From NCBI GenBank assembly GCA_965235115.1, contig OZ249453.1, forward strand, positions 1,984,001 through 2,048,000: a DNA stretch of 64,000 nt, read 5' to 3'. The notes beneath the pieces are model-generated. The model was not told the origin of the DNA, did no database searches, and saw only the letters and a program-made list of their open reading frames with translations. Source of the DNA: Laetmonice hystrix (Eukaryota). How positions within the stretch are numbered: position 1 is the first letter of the stretch; the number at the start of each line of letters is the position of its first letter. A program made the translations under genes and the position numbers. This document shows, one piece after another, positions 26,233-39,500 of the stretch.

Positions 26233-28732
26233 TTTAACTCTGCCCTCCACCCCCTCCTTTCTGTTCAATGTGAATCATGTCTCTCCAGGTTCAACATGAG
26301 CATGTATCCTCCAATTCCTTTCAAGTTGCGAGTTTTTATCAACAATCCGCCCTGCATGTCGTTCGTGATGTGGCAGGGTTAACCAAGCTGAAGGGAGCCA
26401 ACACAATGTCGTTAACAAAAGATTTAATTTAAAGTCGACAATGGATATAAAATGATAATTATTGACACAATGGGGCTTCAACTGTCTGCTCCTTACATCT
26501 GGCGGTTTCCCATCACGTCTTGGCCTTGTCATTGCAAGTCTCCGGCGGTTTAAAGACAATGTATACAGACAAGTACAGTCTGTATACTTGAATAGAATTT
26601 ATTTGTGCTAGGTTAAGTTCCTGGTTGCCATAATATACAGCACCCATTTTGCCCAGGTTAATCATGAAAAGATGTATTTTTCCTTGGGTTTGTGTACTGT
26701 ATGACCATCCACCTCTGGATAGAGTTACTCAAGTGAGCAGAGCATCCTTGTTGAAGGTTATAGATAACGAGAGAATGGTAGACAGTTGGTCACGTGAGAA
26801 GGGTGGCGTGTTTAGTGAGGTCTATAGCGATAGAGTTCTGGTGGTGGGGGTACATGTTTCACTGTCCGCCCTGCCTCCAGAGACCAATCACATGTCTTGA
26901 GACATGAGGCGTAGTCAAGAGGCCAATCAGACAGCACGAGACATAAGTTGTAGTCAGCTGGGCGATAATAGAAGTAAACCAGTTGTCGTAACCTCCGGAT
27001 CGGGTCAGAGGAGATTTATTTACATTCCGATCACACTACTTAAGTCAGAGATCTTTTCTTGTTTTCGTGACTTCTGATCAAAGCGTGGTTCGTTCATGTA
27101 TTTCGTCAGTTTCAGTTTCGTTCTCGTCAAGCTTACTGTATTTCTCATTCATCTGTCCATGGCGCTCCGTTTGTCCATGGGTCTTTGCCAGCTCTGTGAA
27201 CATGTTGTAAACATGTTGATTATAAACATGCTCGTCTCAACCGAACCAGATTTTGAAAACGACACACGACATAGGAAGATGCAGTGACTACCTATTTCAT
27301 TATTTAAGGCATCATAGATCTAAGATCTCTCTGCAATGAGATGAGAAATGTTTGTAATGTTTCTATTCTCCGATTGTTTCATATTGTTGGAGACCCATGT
27401 GTCCGCAGGGAATGATTCAGGACATATGAGGAGGTACAGTATGTGATTGTATCGCTAAGAGATGAGGACGCCAGGCGGGGCAGGTGCAGGCAGAGTATAT
27501 TGGTTGTTATGGGAACGCGAGGAGACGCACGACCCTGTTATACGTACAGGTATTCAGTGCGTTATCTCCCACCCACCAAACATCCGTCTCCACCTTATCA
27601 AGGTGACTGTCAGCCTGATGTGTACGACATGTGTACCTATAGGTACATTCGGCAGACAGTTGACAAATATAGTCCACCAGCACTGAAATCGGCTGCTTGG
27701 ATATAACCGTAAAAACGGAGGATGATCATTGGTATACGCAAATATCTGCGATGTCAGATTACGAATAAATTCTGATTTAATGTCTGTCTCTTTAATATTA
27801 TGTCATATTATGATTTAATATTATGTCTCTAATATAATGATAAAGTGCGATTTTGATTTGATATAGTGTCTGTGTCTATCGTATGACGTGATTATGTTCT
27901 GATGTATGGTTAGTCTATATTTGCTACCAAATCACATGATGGCGCCGATGCTGTCGCCATTTGTCGTGTTTTTTACACATCAGCTAAATATATTATATAC
28001 GCACTTGTATAGTTAGGTACAGAATTATATTGTTGATCTTTCTCATCAAGTCGATAGTAATGTCTCAATGAGAGAAACGATAACCCTGTGATGATTCCGG
28101 AGGACAGCGGTACTGGAGAGTTATTAGATATGTCTGTACAGTTCATGACGGTTAGTCTGACCACCCAGGGTTTGTGTACAACGGATGTGGGAAGACCTAC
28201 TGCAGTGTCACCCACAAAAAGTTCTCACCGGAACAGTACCTGTGTCACCAAGAAAAAAGGGAAACTAAAAGCTGTCGTGGTGACGGATTTCTTTTGTGTA
28301 GGCTTCGTCCCACGACGGTCAACCTGGGCACGTCACTGGCGGCGAATGACGGCAGCGGGCACTGCGTGCCATTTCTCTCTTATCAACGAGTTATTTAAAC
28401 AACTCCGTAAAGTTCGCGCTAGAAATAATTAGTGTGTCATCAGTGTGCTGTACCTGGCTGGTAGATGGGTTGAGAGGCTGCCAGCAGGAGGAACCGTTTG
28501 TACTTCGTGTAGAGAACACCCTGCCAAGTTCTCTGCCAGATCTGAGTCGTACAAAGGCGGCGGGAAGTCCGCGAAAATATCTCAGCAGTAGATATTTTCT
28601 CCGAGTCAGCAATCATCATGATCGTAAAGTGCGCCGACAATCGAGGCCGTCAGAGATGCGCCTCTCTTTGTGCGGCGCTGCGTCTGACCAGCGTCACAAT
28701 TACGGTGGCGCTACGAGTAGTGCATGGAGAGA

Positions 28733-28815
28733 GGCGCCTGACGCTAGTGGAGGGAGGGTGGCGCCTGACGCGGGCTATATAAAGGCGGTCGCCTACTCGG
28801 CTCGACGTTCACTTT
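28733..28815 (+). promoter_or_regulatory. Core promoter: two CRE half-site repeats, TATA box and Inr
   Basis: GGCGCCTGACGC at 28733 and 28760, TATATAAA at 28776-28783, YYANWYY Inr at 28809-28815. Confidence 0.7.
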
Positions 28816-29114
28816 GGCTTGGCAGTCGAACAAACGCGGAGAGCGGCCGTGACTTGGAAACGTACCGTACACAGAGCCCGTTACAACTACAGTCTCAGTA
28901 TCCACCGCCGCCACCTTCACACGGATCTACCCCAACCAGCCTTGCCCACCGTACACCAAGGACAGACTGGGGTCTTAGAATCGTGACCATTTATTGACCA
29001 TTTATTGACCATCACATTGCTGGATCAACCTCCAACACACTTACTCGCTTCGAATCGTTAAGCTGCTTACAAGCGTCACTCAAGTACCACAGCAGTGAAA
29101 CAGCCCATCAAAAA
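28811..29114 (+). other. Putative non-coding exon 1 (5' UTR)
   Basis: Starts at an Inr (TCACTTT, A+1 at 28811) about 33-35 nt after TATATAAA. Ends at a strong donor AAAA|GTGAGT (29115). Contains no ATG. The exact TSS is inferred. Confidence 0.65.
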
Positions 29115-30475
29115 GTGAGTATATGTTTAAAGTTAACAGCTTCAGCTCAGTGACATGTAGTAAGAGTTTAGTACTAGATCCATTACTCCAAGAGCTAGTG
29201 ATCCGAACTGTACAGAAAGCATGGATTGGGTTTACCTGATTTTCCCGGACAGGCCGTAGAGTGTTGTAACACCTGTATGGACACGCTTAACACATTGCTG
29301 GGACGGTACAAGTTGTAACGGGTAACTAATGGGGTTAGACTATCCGGGAGGTGTAAGCAGCTCGTTTACATGAAGTGTCACTCGCTTTTAAATGTAAGCC
29401 CATCTTTGTACAAAACGTGCCCTGACATGAGCTTAAGGATGTATTTTTTAAGAATCATTTTGAGCTAAGAATACCGAGCAGTATACTCCTGGGAACGATT
29501 GAGTCTCATAATTATGACAACTATATCCGTTCCAATGTGACCCATGAGTAAACAAAAGATAACGCAGCGCAAGGTTGAGTCAATATTGTTATGACAAAGT
29601 ACTTTGTCTACTGAACTCATGTAGATAGTACCTGACGATTAGCTACGGCAATGACCGTATATTATGAGTATAGGTCCCCCTGGAGCAAGCTCACGGAACG
29701 ATTTTGATATAGCGACCTGTACTGCAGCATCCTCTCGCATGCGAGATGATATATCGGGCTGAGGTCAGCATCCCTTATCGGAGAGACTCCGGCGTTGTGA
29801 CCGGTCGTGTCGCAATGACGTGTACGCGGCGCAGACGGCATTTAGCAGTTTTGGCGCGTGTTTGCTGACGTCCGCAGATCATTTCGGGATTGTGACGGGT
29901 GGGAGGTAACATTTAACGGGAGGCGCTGGTGACGGGACGCTCAGTGTAAAGCTAGGTCCGCTACAAACAAGAGCGTCCGCTATTGTCTGCTGGTGGAGTG
30001 TCCCTTGTCAGTACGACCGGTACTCCCTCACGGCCCCGGATTGAAGGCAGCCTGCCGACCGGCCCAGATAGACCCCAACCCCGCCACTATCACCAATCTC
30101 CAGCCCCTGTACGTATCACCACCAAACAGTTCCCCAGACAGTTCGTATCGCAACATTGCCGATCAGAAGACACACAAATCCAGGCACTGTGACATAAGAG
30201 GCATTGATCCTTGATGCTAACAACTAATAACAAGCTAGTTTCCACCCTAACGAGCCCAAAGACTAACCACATTTCTACTTATCTTTCAGAGACACCGCGC
30301 CAGAGACGCTGCTGGTTCTTTAACATACAAACGCTGAGTGCGACGCACTAGAACGCCACAACCACTCGACAAACGGTACACAACTGTCGACGCAGCTTTC
30401 CAGCTGTATAAATTGAAGGGGAACGTACCATCAGAGGATAAACCAAACCCTACGAACAGAACATATTACTCTAAG

Positions 30476-30575
30476 ATGGAGCCAACTTTCTCCAGTCAGT
30501 TCTCCAGCTTGTGGATTGTGATATTATACGTTGCTGCACTGGCCTCAACAGCCGTGGTACCCGAGACAAGAAAAG
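30476..30575 (+). CDS. Exon 2 coding part: signal peptide MEPTFSSQFSSLWIVILYVAALASTAVVPETRK (exon starts at 30290)
   Basis: Acceptor atttctacttatctttcag|30290. Hydrophobic core LWIVILYVAALA. Donor G|GTAAG in phase 1 joins ATGTC at 54894 to give GAT (Asp). Confidence 0.8.
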
Positions 30576-33500
30576 GTAAGTTTATCCTTTACACTTGCAG
30601 TAAGACTCCTTTATTTCAGTATTGTATGGGCATGTATAGACTTCAGGTTAGGTGGATCGTAGGGGTTCGAACTCCAGGAATAGAAACACAAAGTAAACGT
30701 ACTTACTGTGAGAGAAGCGTTAAATAATGGAGGTAGATATACCTTGGGAAACAAAGAAACAAAGGGTGACCATTGTGTACAATGTCTCGTCTGTTGACGA
30801 CTCGTCGACCGGCTCAAGGCGACGGGGAATTTCTCCAGGGAATCCTAGCGGCCGAGGGAGGAACTATACATCAGCCATTTAGCGGATTGCCGCCGCCTGA
30901 AGCCGATTTGCCGGGGAGAGGTGGGGTGGGTGGCGGGGATGTTCAGGGATGAGTACGAGTACCCCCCCACCCCCCTCCGGGATCGTGTCGTTTTACTTTA
31001 GGCGTGGGCCGCGTTCCCGCGTGATGGCTTAGAACGTGCTCCCTCCACATACCCGCCGTCACATGTTGGACTGTTTGACGTTCCCTCGCCTTGGCCTGGC
31101 ACCCGGACCGCAAAGGGGAAGGCTACCATTAAATAATCAGAAAGTGGTCCATTAAACACTCAGCCCGCTTGTTAAAGTGCATTATGTTGTCCTATAGCGA
31201 GTGGCTCTTTAAAGGCTGGGGTACAGTGGGAAGGTGTAGGGTCTAGGTTGGTCCAGCGATGGCGGAGGATTTAGAGGAAGGGTAAAAATAACAGTGATGC
31301 ATTTTGCAAAAAGACAATTAGGATGGGACATTCCTTGGGTCCCGTGAGGAGCCCTTGGATCCGCACCTTGCACCTGCGTCGGCGAACTGCATTAACCTTG
31401 TTGGAAGCCACAGTCTGAGGCTCCATCCTGAAACAGGACCGAGGCTGCAGTCTGCCATCGCACGCGGGCTTATAAATTATGATGACTTTGTAAGGGATAA
31501 CAGTCAGATCGTACCTTTAACATTGTGCGGACTATAGGAAATGGGTACTGACATAACCGGAAGACCACCTAAATCAGAAATATTCTGATGGTGTTGGTTG
31601 TGATTGGTGCAATAACGCAATGTCCGTGCCAAACTCGGACTGTTGGAAATCAAAACCACCTCAAGCACCTCACCAAACGGTCTGACTTAACGATAGAACG
31701 AGCGTCCGCTATATTAAGTCCGACTTCTACAGTTCTGTTGTCCTAGCTAAGCCCAAGCTTTGTCTACCACCCGGATACATACTAAGTGACAGGACCGTGT
31801 ACGAAGTGACATCCGTTCCCATTCTCTCTGCCGTTAAAACAGCACCGAGATTACAGGCCACATTCTCTGGCGCCGTTTCCATTCATGGTCTGGCCTTGGA
31901 CCGAGACAAAATGGCTACCATCTGTTTGTTAAGATACAAGTAAGCTTACTCTGACAATGCGTGTGATTTATGACTACCCGCTACAGAAATGTATTTATGT
32001 ATTTATTTTGTGCCGTAGTCCCGCATTAATCATACCCGTTCCATCTCACAGAATCAGGCACAGGAAATTGCATTTATATCGAACTTCCGTTTTTTCCGCA
32101 TTGGCACGGCGGTCATATTGTCAGACCACGTGCATGGTAACGAGCCATGGTAACGAACCATGGTAACGAACGACGGTAACAAGTCATGTCTGCACTCATT
32201 AATCACATCTGTTAACACCAGTCATGTTGACGTTGACGACACGGTAACACGTGACAAGCGTAACTTGCTGAACATTGGACCCTGAGTGAATGCGAGGGCA
32301 AGGCATAATGGAAGAATGACACTTTGAATATATTGACACCCATCTTTTTAAAACATCCACGTATCTTCCACATTTCTTTAATTGAATTTTAACACTATGA
32401 TTTATCTCCAACATCTCAGCCTCACGGCCTGTGAGAGTCAGACGTCATACGTCATAATTAGACTTGGCCACTGCCCTAGATACTAAACCTGGATGTAGGA
32501 AAGTCTGTTTCTTATTCATAAAACATGAGAAAAGAATTTCAATCCTTGAGGTCGAGTTGTGGTTGCAACCCCCTTAGTTCGCCCATTCGTCACACGAGGG
32601 CGCCACTTGTACTGTCCTCCGTCTTCCTGTCAGCTACGATAGTGAGGTGACATCATTTATGGCATATACCAGGAGGAATAGAAACTCCCCAAGTCGACAG
32701 TTCAATCCTCCTTTTGTCCGATTGGTCCGCCACACGTTCAAGATGAGGTTAGCAAGACGCCCGCCTTGATCACCTACACGGCCACTAGGGGGCGTCGTTA
32801 TTCATATTTCTCAGTGATAGAATTGCAAATGGCGGAGTTTCCGACCGCCAGCCGACCGGTAGGGGGCGCGCGAGCAGTTATCGCGGTGCGCGACGCCACT
32901 GATTTTCATTTTCATGAAGTCTGATCGAGATGAGCGCTGACTTTGCATAAATACATAGGCAATCAAAGGACGCAGCTCCTCATGGCGACCGTCCAATTCC
33001 AGGCTGGCAGTATATATATTGATGCGGCGTAGTTCAGGTCGATGGCTGACTAAACTCCTGCTTGATTTCTCTCGACCCTCATACTGCCACGATTAGATAC
33101 GAACTGAGTAATACGAACTTCTCTCCGTTGTCAATAGATCACGTGATACAGCAGATTCTACTCCCGGAACACGAGTTGTCCTGAAGTCTCCCGTCCTCCC
33201 CTCTCGTCAGGTTCTCGGCCGGCGTGATGTGGCGAGATGACGAGATATGGGGACGCGGCGTTCCCTGACAAGGAACGCTGTTTCTGACGTCCTCCTGTCC
33301 GCTCGCGACATTCTTCGTAAATGACTACATCCGTGATGTATTCGGTATGAAGTGCACGAGACAATGCATTTGGTGATAAATAGTCGAGTCCGGAGATAGG
33401 AGATGGGATGTCAATGGAAGGGGCAGCGTCCGCAAACTTTGACCTTGCCGATCACGTGATAGCGACATCCGGTTATCCGTCATGACCGCCGCACTGACGG

Positions 33501-36500
33501 CAGAGACTGTGGACCATCAAAATTGAACGAGTTGACCCTACATTGACCTTATACTGAGAGAAAGTCCCCTTAAGGGACCAGTCACATGTCCAGTCACATG
33601 ACCAGTCACATGACCAGTCACATGACCAGTCAAGTAGATCAATATGGTTAGCATTACCCAAAGATCAGGATTGCACACTACAGCGAGGCATTAGGCCTAT
33701 AATAATCTTCCACATTCCAGTACACAACCAAAGGCTGTCCCTGTAAACCGAGTCAGTTGGAGCCCACAGTGACGGCTGACAACGCTGGCCTCAAGGTTGT
33801 CATGGCTCCAGGCGTTCATCGGCCATTGTCAGGCCATACGAATAATCCGCCACCCCATCAAAAAGATGATGGCTTTGATGATTATTGTAACACCGCCTGA
33901 TCGGCTCAGCGTTGGCAGGCAGAGGAAGTGTGACCTATCCAAGATTATCTCCAGCGCCGACCTCCCTATGGACACACCTGGTGATCACCCAAACCGACGC
34001 CATATCCTGGCGTCCATGACTGTAGCACACCTGGGGGACAGGCTCGTATACTCCCACGAGACAGACAACTCAACGATCAAAGAACCGGAAGCCGGCTCAG
34101 CTCCGGCGTCCACATTGAAAATCAAACTATACAAGGTGGGCTGGTCCCACGGGCTTTAAAAACCTCCCTTTTACTTCAGCCAGCTTTCTTAAGAAATGAA
34201 CATAAGGGGAGTTTCTCTCCCGCTATTTCAGTATTCATCACATTGTTCTGTTGTTGGTGTATCGATCTAATGTATAGTCCGTATTCAAGACGAACTCTTC
34301 GCAAAAGAATAAAACCAGGAAGAATGATAAGGAAGGAAACAATTTTAACACTTTTACCAGTAAACTACGTATCGAATCATCAAAGGAGAACACATGCGAT
34401 TCTTTCTCAGCACACAACCGGAAGTACAGGAACTTTCAATGATGACGTCACGTTATGCCTTCAGTGTCATGGAAATGTTCCCCCCGCTAAAGTTTCACCG
34501 GAAACGCTCAATCGGAGAAACTGTCTTTCTTCCAAATCCACCAAATCTACCTTTTAAAGATTCTTTTGGCTCCGAACGGAACGACTTAATCATCAGTAAG
34601 CCACCAATATGGCTGACAGGAATCCGCGCCGAGAAACATGTTGGCTTCTTTTACCAGAAGCAAATGGTTGCACTAAATCTATTTATTTACCGAGACTGAC
34701 TTAATGCACTGCTATTACCGTAGTGATATGCTGTCTCACCGTTGACGCTATGTTTGCTCTGCCATTAGTAAGTTGTGATTAAACGCAGGGGAGAGAGGGT
34801 CGCTGATGACGTCATTAATAATTCACGAGGGAAATGATTATGTCAAACACTACTGACTCATAGCAAGGAGTGCCATAGCAATTGCCGTAACAGATGATGA
34901 TAATTACGATGAAAATAATACCAATTTCCACTCGGCATTATACGTGAATCGTGTTTCAATACCGCAGTGCGGTAATGTGGAAACGGACAAATTCCTGCTT
35001 TAAATAGTGTAACTACAGCAAGGAGTGGTGTGTGATGTAAGCGTATGACCTCCACATACGTACGTACGTATGTAATCAGGACATTACGCTCACCGCCGTA
35101 ATGGACGCTGACTTAGCGTTCCTGCTGTATGAGCAGACGAGAGAGTTCGGTCAGATCTCCCATGGAATGACGTCTAACGGCCGGTAGATGGCGCCATGGT
35201 GGCGTCCCGTCACACGACGTAAGCCGGCCGCGTCCGTTGGTGCCCGGATGGAATGCCCTCAATGATGGACATCTGTTGATAACGCCGGACGGACCCCGCC
35301 CGGCCCTGCCCCCAGGGGGAGCCACATGTATTGATATCAGACCCAGTAGACAGCCGCAAAGGAAAAACTTGCCCCCAAGGGTTAGGTCGCTGGAAGGGTA
35401 TGCCCCTGCTACCGACTTGCCATTCCACCTAACGCTGGTTGATGCCTGAGTCCCCTGGCGGTGTTTCAGGATAGAATGTCCGTGATCGCCGCGCCGTGAA
35501 GGGCGCCCTCTGACGGCCAAATGTAAATGAAGACCGTGGCCACGGGCCGATAACCGGAAGTAGTAAATCATTGTGGTGTGACGTCACCAATATGGCGGCT
35601 GGTCCGTGGTTGCCATGCCGCCGACCGTGCTCACTGAATCATGTCAGTTCGAGCCCGAAATGTGAACTTATTGGGCGAGCAGGGCTGCATTCAAAGTGCA
35701 AAGGCTTATGCGATTAGGATATAAAATATGGCCTACACTTACTTATCGCGGCCAACGGTCCATTGATTGTACTACATTTGGGCAAATATTTAGGATGGCA
35801 TACTAAACAAGGAAGTGCGCCCTGTTTATTCTGCATGTCATATTGTCGCAGTGACAAACGCCATACTGGCAGGAGCATGAGTCGGTTTGTGGGTGAACTT
35901 CCTCTGCGGCTATAGCAACGACGTGCTGATAGAGAGACGAGGACGGCCATTACAGGTGAGGTGGATGAGAAAGTAAACATGAACCTTTTAGTAGAGTTGA
36001 CTTATAACGTGAGCCTCTGCCCGCCTGTTAGACTTAACTCAACGCCTAATACACTCGGTAAATATGGAAGGCAGTCTGCATATAGAGCCCATTAACTGAT
36101 CGTAATCACAGGCAGTAATTTATCATCAGTTCTCACAACTATTACTCATATTACTCTCAATTTGGAATGATTATGGCACAGACCAGCAGCGAGTTGCAGT
36201 GCAGAACACACTCTGTTGGCTTAGAGGAAAAACACAAGTTGCCGCGGGTGGTTTCAGAGTCGGCGCATCACGTCCAATAGTTTCAGTACAGACAAAATCT
36301 AGTGACGGCAGCTTCACGTGTCCAACTACAGAAAGCTCATTCGCCCTTTTCAGTTTTGAGAGACATTTTTTAAAAAAGAGAACTTCATGGAAACCTCACA
36401 GTGTGTGAGCGCCGTAATGGAGCAGCAAGCAAGAGCTTCAGCAGGAAGCCATTGCCTTAAAATCAGGGGTCGACCATGATGGGCTGGTTGACTCCGCCCT

Positions 36501-39500
36501 TCATGGCTGGCTGCTGCATTCTTCATGAAGATATGAAGAAGGGGGGCTCCTCCGGCCTCCCCCCCCCCCCCTGGAATGGGCTAAGAACCTGTCGACACTA
36601 CCCGACTGCCTGTCATCTATTATTAAAGCGAGTATAATCAATCAAATTTCGATCCTTAAAGAAAGCTTGCCTAGGTCTGACTCTAGAAACTGGATCCTCT
36701 ACCGTCATTCATGGAGCAGATTCCTTATAAATTTAGATGGAAACTGCAAAATATGACTTTCCATTTCATAATATGTAATTTGCAATACATGGAGTCGGTT
36801 TGTCCGTTGTAAAAGCCGAAGCCACGTGGATGGAGATGAAGCCAGTGCTCTGTGTGTGTGTGGGGGGGAAGGGCTGTCTAACCAAATGGAATCCTTCAAG
36901 ATGAGTTGATTCTGGCGTGCAGTTTCCGCTTAGAGCAGCACACAACAATCACATAAATGTTTCCTTGGGCTCTTGTTTGGAAATACCCGTCCATTGTACC
37001 GTCCGTATATACATCCAAACTATCGATCCAACCTCGGACAACACGTGCTTTACATCGTAATGGAATCTGTATAGTGGAATGCTAAACGACAGCGATTATC
37101 GATATAGTCGGCCTGAAGAAGCAAGCTAGAAGAAGGCAGATATGATGAATGGCATATTTGGAATTCACCACAATGAAGGATTGAACATCCACTGTTCAAG
37201 CGACTGAACACACTCCTCAAGTTGAAACAAATGCCTGAGAGAAATTGTGTCCGTTTTATAGGAGTGAGGGGGGGGGGCACTGATCGTTTAATAGATCTTA
37301 TATAAACATGATGCCATGGTCTAAAGCGTTGTATAAACGCATGGAAAAACAACTCTGTATGGAAAGAGCAATTCGTTATCAAAGCAAAAGATACATAGTT
37401 ATATACAATGAATTACATACGTAGATGATTCGTAATAGAAGCAATTATAATGGAAAACAAATATACCATGGTGCTCGATCATTCAAGTATTGAGCCTGGA
37501 ACTTTATACCATGTTAAAAAAAAGAAAACAATTGTCATCTACTATTTTCTATGAACGGCAGATGAAGTGGCACTTGTTTATCATTCTTTGCAACAATACA
37601 GTTTTGTTATTAATCTAGTCGTGGAAAATAAAGGGCTATCATGTTATCAAAAGGGATCACTTTTACAATGACACGAATGACGGCCTAGTTTCATTAACCT
37701 TCATTTATCTTGGATTACGCGGCTGAAACCGGAGAGGATACACAGAAAATTAAAACCAAAACAATTTAAACCGAGACTCTGCACGTTGTACAGATTCAAG
37801 TTTGCCGCTACAGGAACTCGATTTCTCACATTTGTACCGAACACCATGTTCTGTTGGCGTGTTAGGTTCCAGTCTCAGGTGCGACTGCGCATGCGCTCGG
37901 GGTGCTTTAGTGGAGTGTCTGTCGCTTGGTTTGTCGGCGTCCGACACAGGTACGACACAATGTTAACGAGGCGGGCGGCTATTTAAGGGTCTTCCTCAGT
38001 GACAATGAAGTAGTAGCAATTGCCAACAAATAGGGCTGATAAGGCGAGTCCGGGGACCATCACCAGCACATTGGCCCTATCGCGTTCTCTGAGCGCCTAG
38101 CCGCGTTCTACACTGTGGCAATGTATCTTACGCTCATAGTATGAAAAAAACCGCAGTGTCATATATCAGGCGTTGGGGGAATTAGCAAAAAGTGTCTTCA
38201 GGCTCCAAGTAAGATGGATGAAACGTTGGCTCCACCTCAAGTTTCTGTACACTCGCACATACATCATGGGGGTATATAATGGAGTAAGTATGTGTACGGG
38301 GGGCATGGAGACTGTGAGAAAAGCGATATTTTGGCAATAAGATGTGGATCTCAGCGCCGACTACTGAGACGTTTCTGAAAAAAGGTTATCACTGACAGAG
38401 CTAGCTGTGACAATGTATACATTCTGTATTGTTGTGATCTGCGGCGGGATGCTTTTACAATAAGATGTGAATATTCAGGGGAAGAACACAATGAAGAATG
38501 GACATATCTTTGCTAGTATGACATGATATTATGTTCGCACCATTGAATTAGTCAACAAATGACATACAGGTCATCTTCCACGACTGGACCGCCAGTCTGA
38601 ATACGAACAAATCCTGCCGATAAAAGATCCATTAAAAGGGACCTGCAGATAATCAACTATTGGCACATATTTTCCTGGTTTTTCTCCCCCCTTTTTGCCC
38701 CTCGGACAAAAGGCTAATAGGAGGATACCTTCGATTTCCCTTGCGTGAACTGTCGGCATATGCTCCCCGCTCAAATTACGCAATACTGGAAAAAAATAAA
38801 ATGGCCGCGGGTTGATTGTTATAATGACGTTACGGCGTATCTCGGTACTCGTTTAACGACTCCCAACGGAAGCCTGATAGCTTCGGAACGCCTAGCGTGA
38901 ACACAGCCTGGCTCGTACGTCAGTCAAGGAGTGCCCCAAGGGGATCGCGGTGCCCACAATTAGGACAAGGCGTGGTGAAGGACATCTATACGTCCTTGGA
39001 AAGACCTCAGTGCCCGCCGTGTCCTTGGGGTATTCACAGTCCCTGAAGAGGCGAGCGTCTGCAACCAAACTTTACCCGCCGCGCAGGATTGGCTCTTACA
39101 CACCAGAGGGAGTCTGTAGCTTTTCTTGGCGAATAAATGCCCATTTATTTACACCTGTGATGTCAGAAGAATATCAAAGTTGGAGCGGTAAATCATGAAA
39201 TGGAGATCCCTGGAAGATTTGCGAATACTACGAAAGCGATTCCACTGATCGAACTGGCGCACGGGAGATGTTCCAACCACAGAGAAACTTATTGACTTCA
39301 AAGACATCGAAAGTAGTTTTAACATATGGCCATAGAATGGGTGAATCTCCTACTAGTAACAACTTTCCGAACAAATATCAATATTTCACGTGGGACGCCA
39401 GTATCAAAGGCAGTCGGTACAGAGACGTAGATCCGCCATGACAAGCTGCTCGCGTTCCTCAAAAGTCGTCTGCCCATTTCAAACAGGAACGCCGCCAAAC

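Noticed and set aside
30664-30675. Pol III B-box-like GGTTCGAACTCC (tRNA/SINE?)
   Set aside because: No A-box at proper spacing and no cloverleaf.
37180-37263. Peptide EHPLFKRLNTLLKL resembling a LINE ORF2 C-terminal segment
   Set aside because: Too short, surrounded by stops, and no RT motifs nearby; would need a tBLASTn/Dfam hit.
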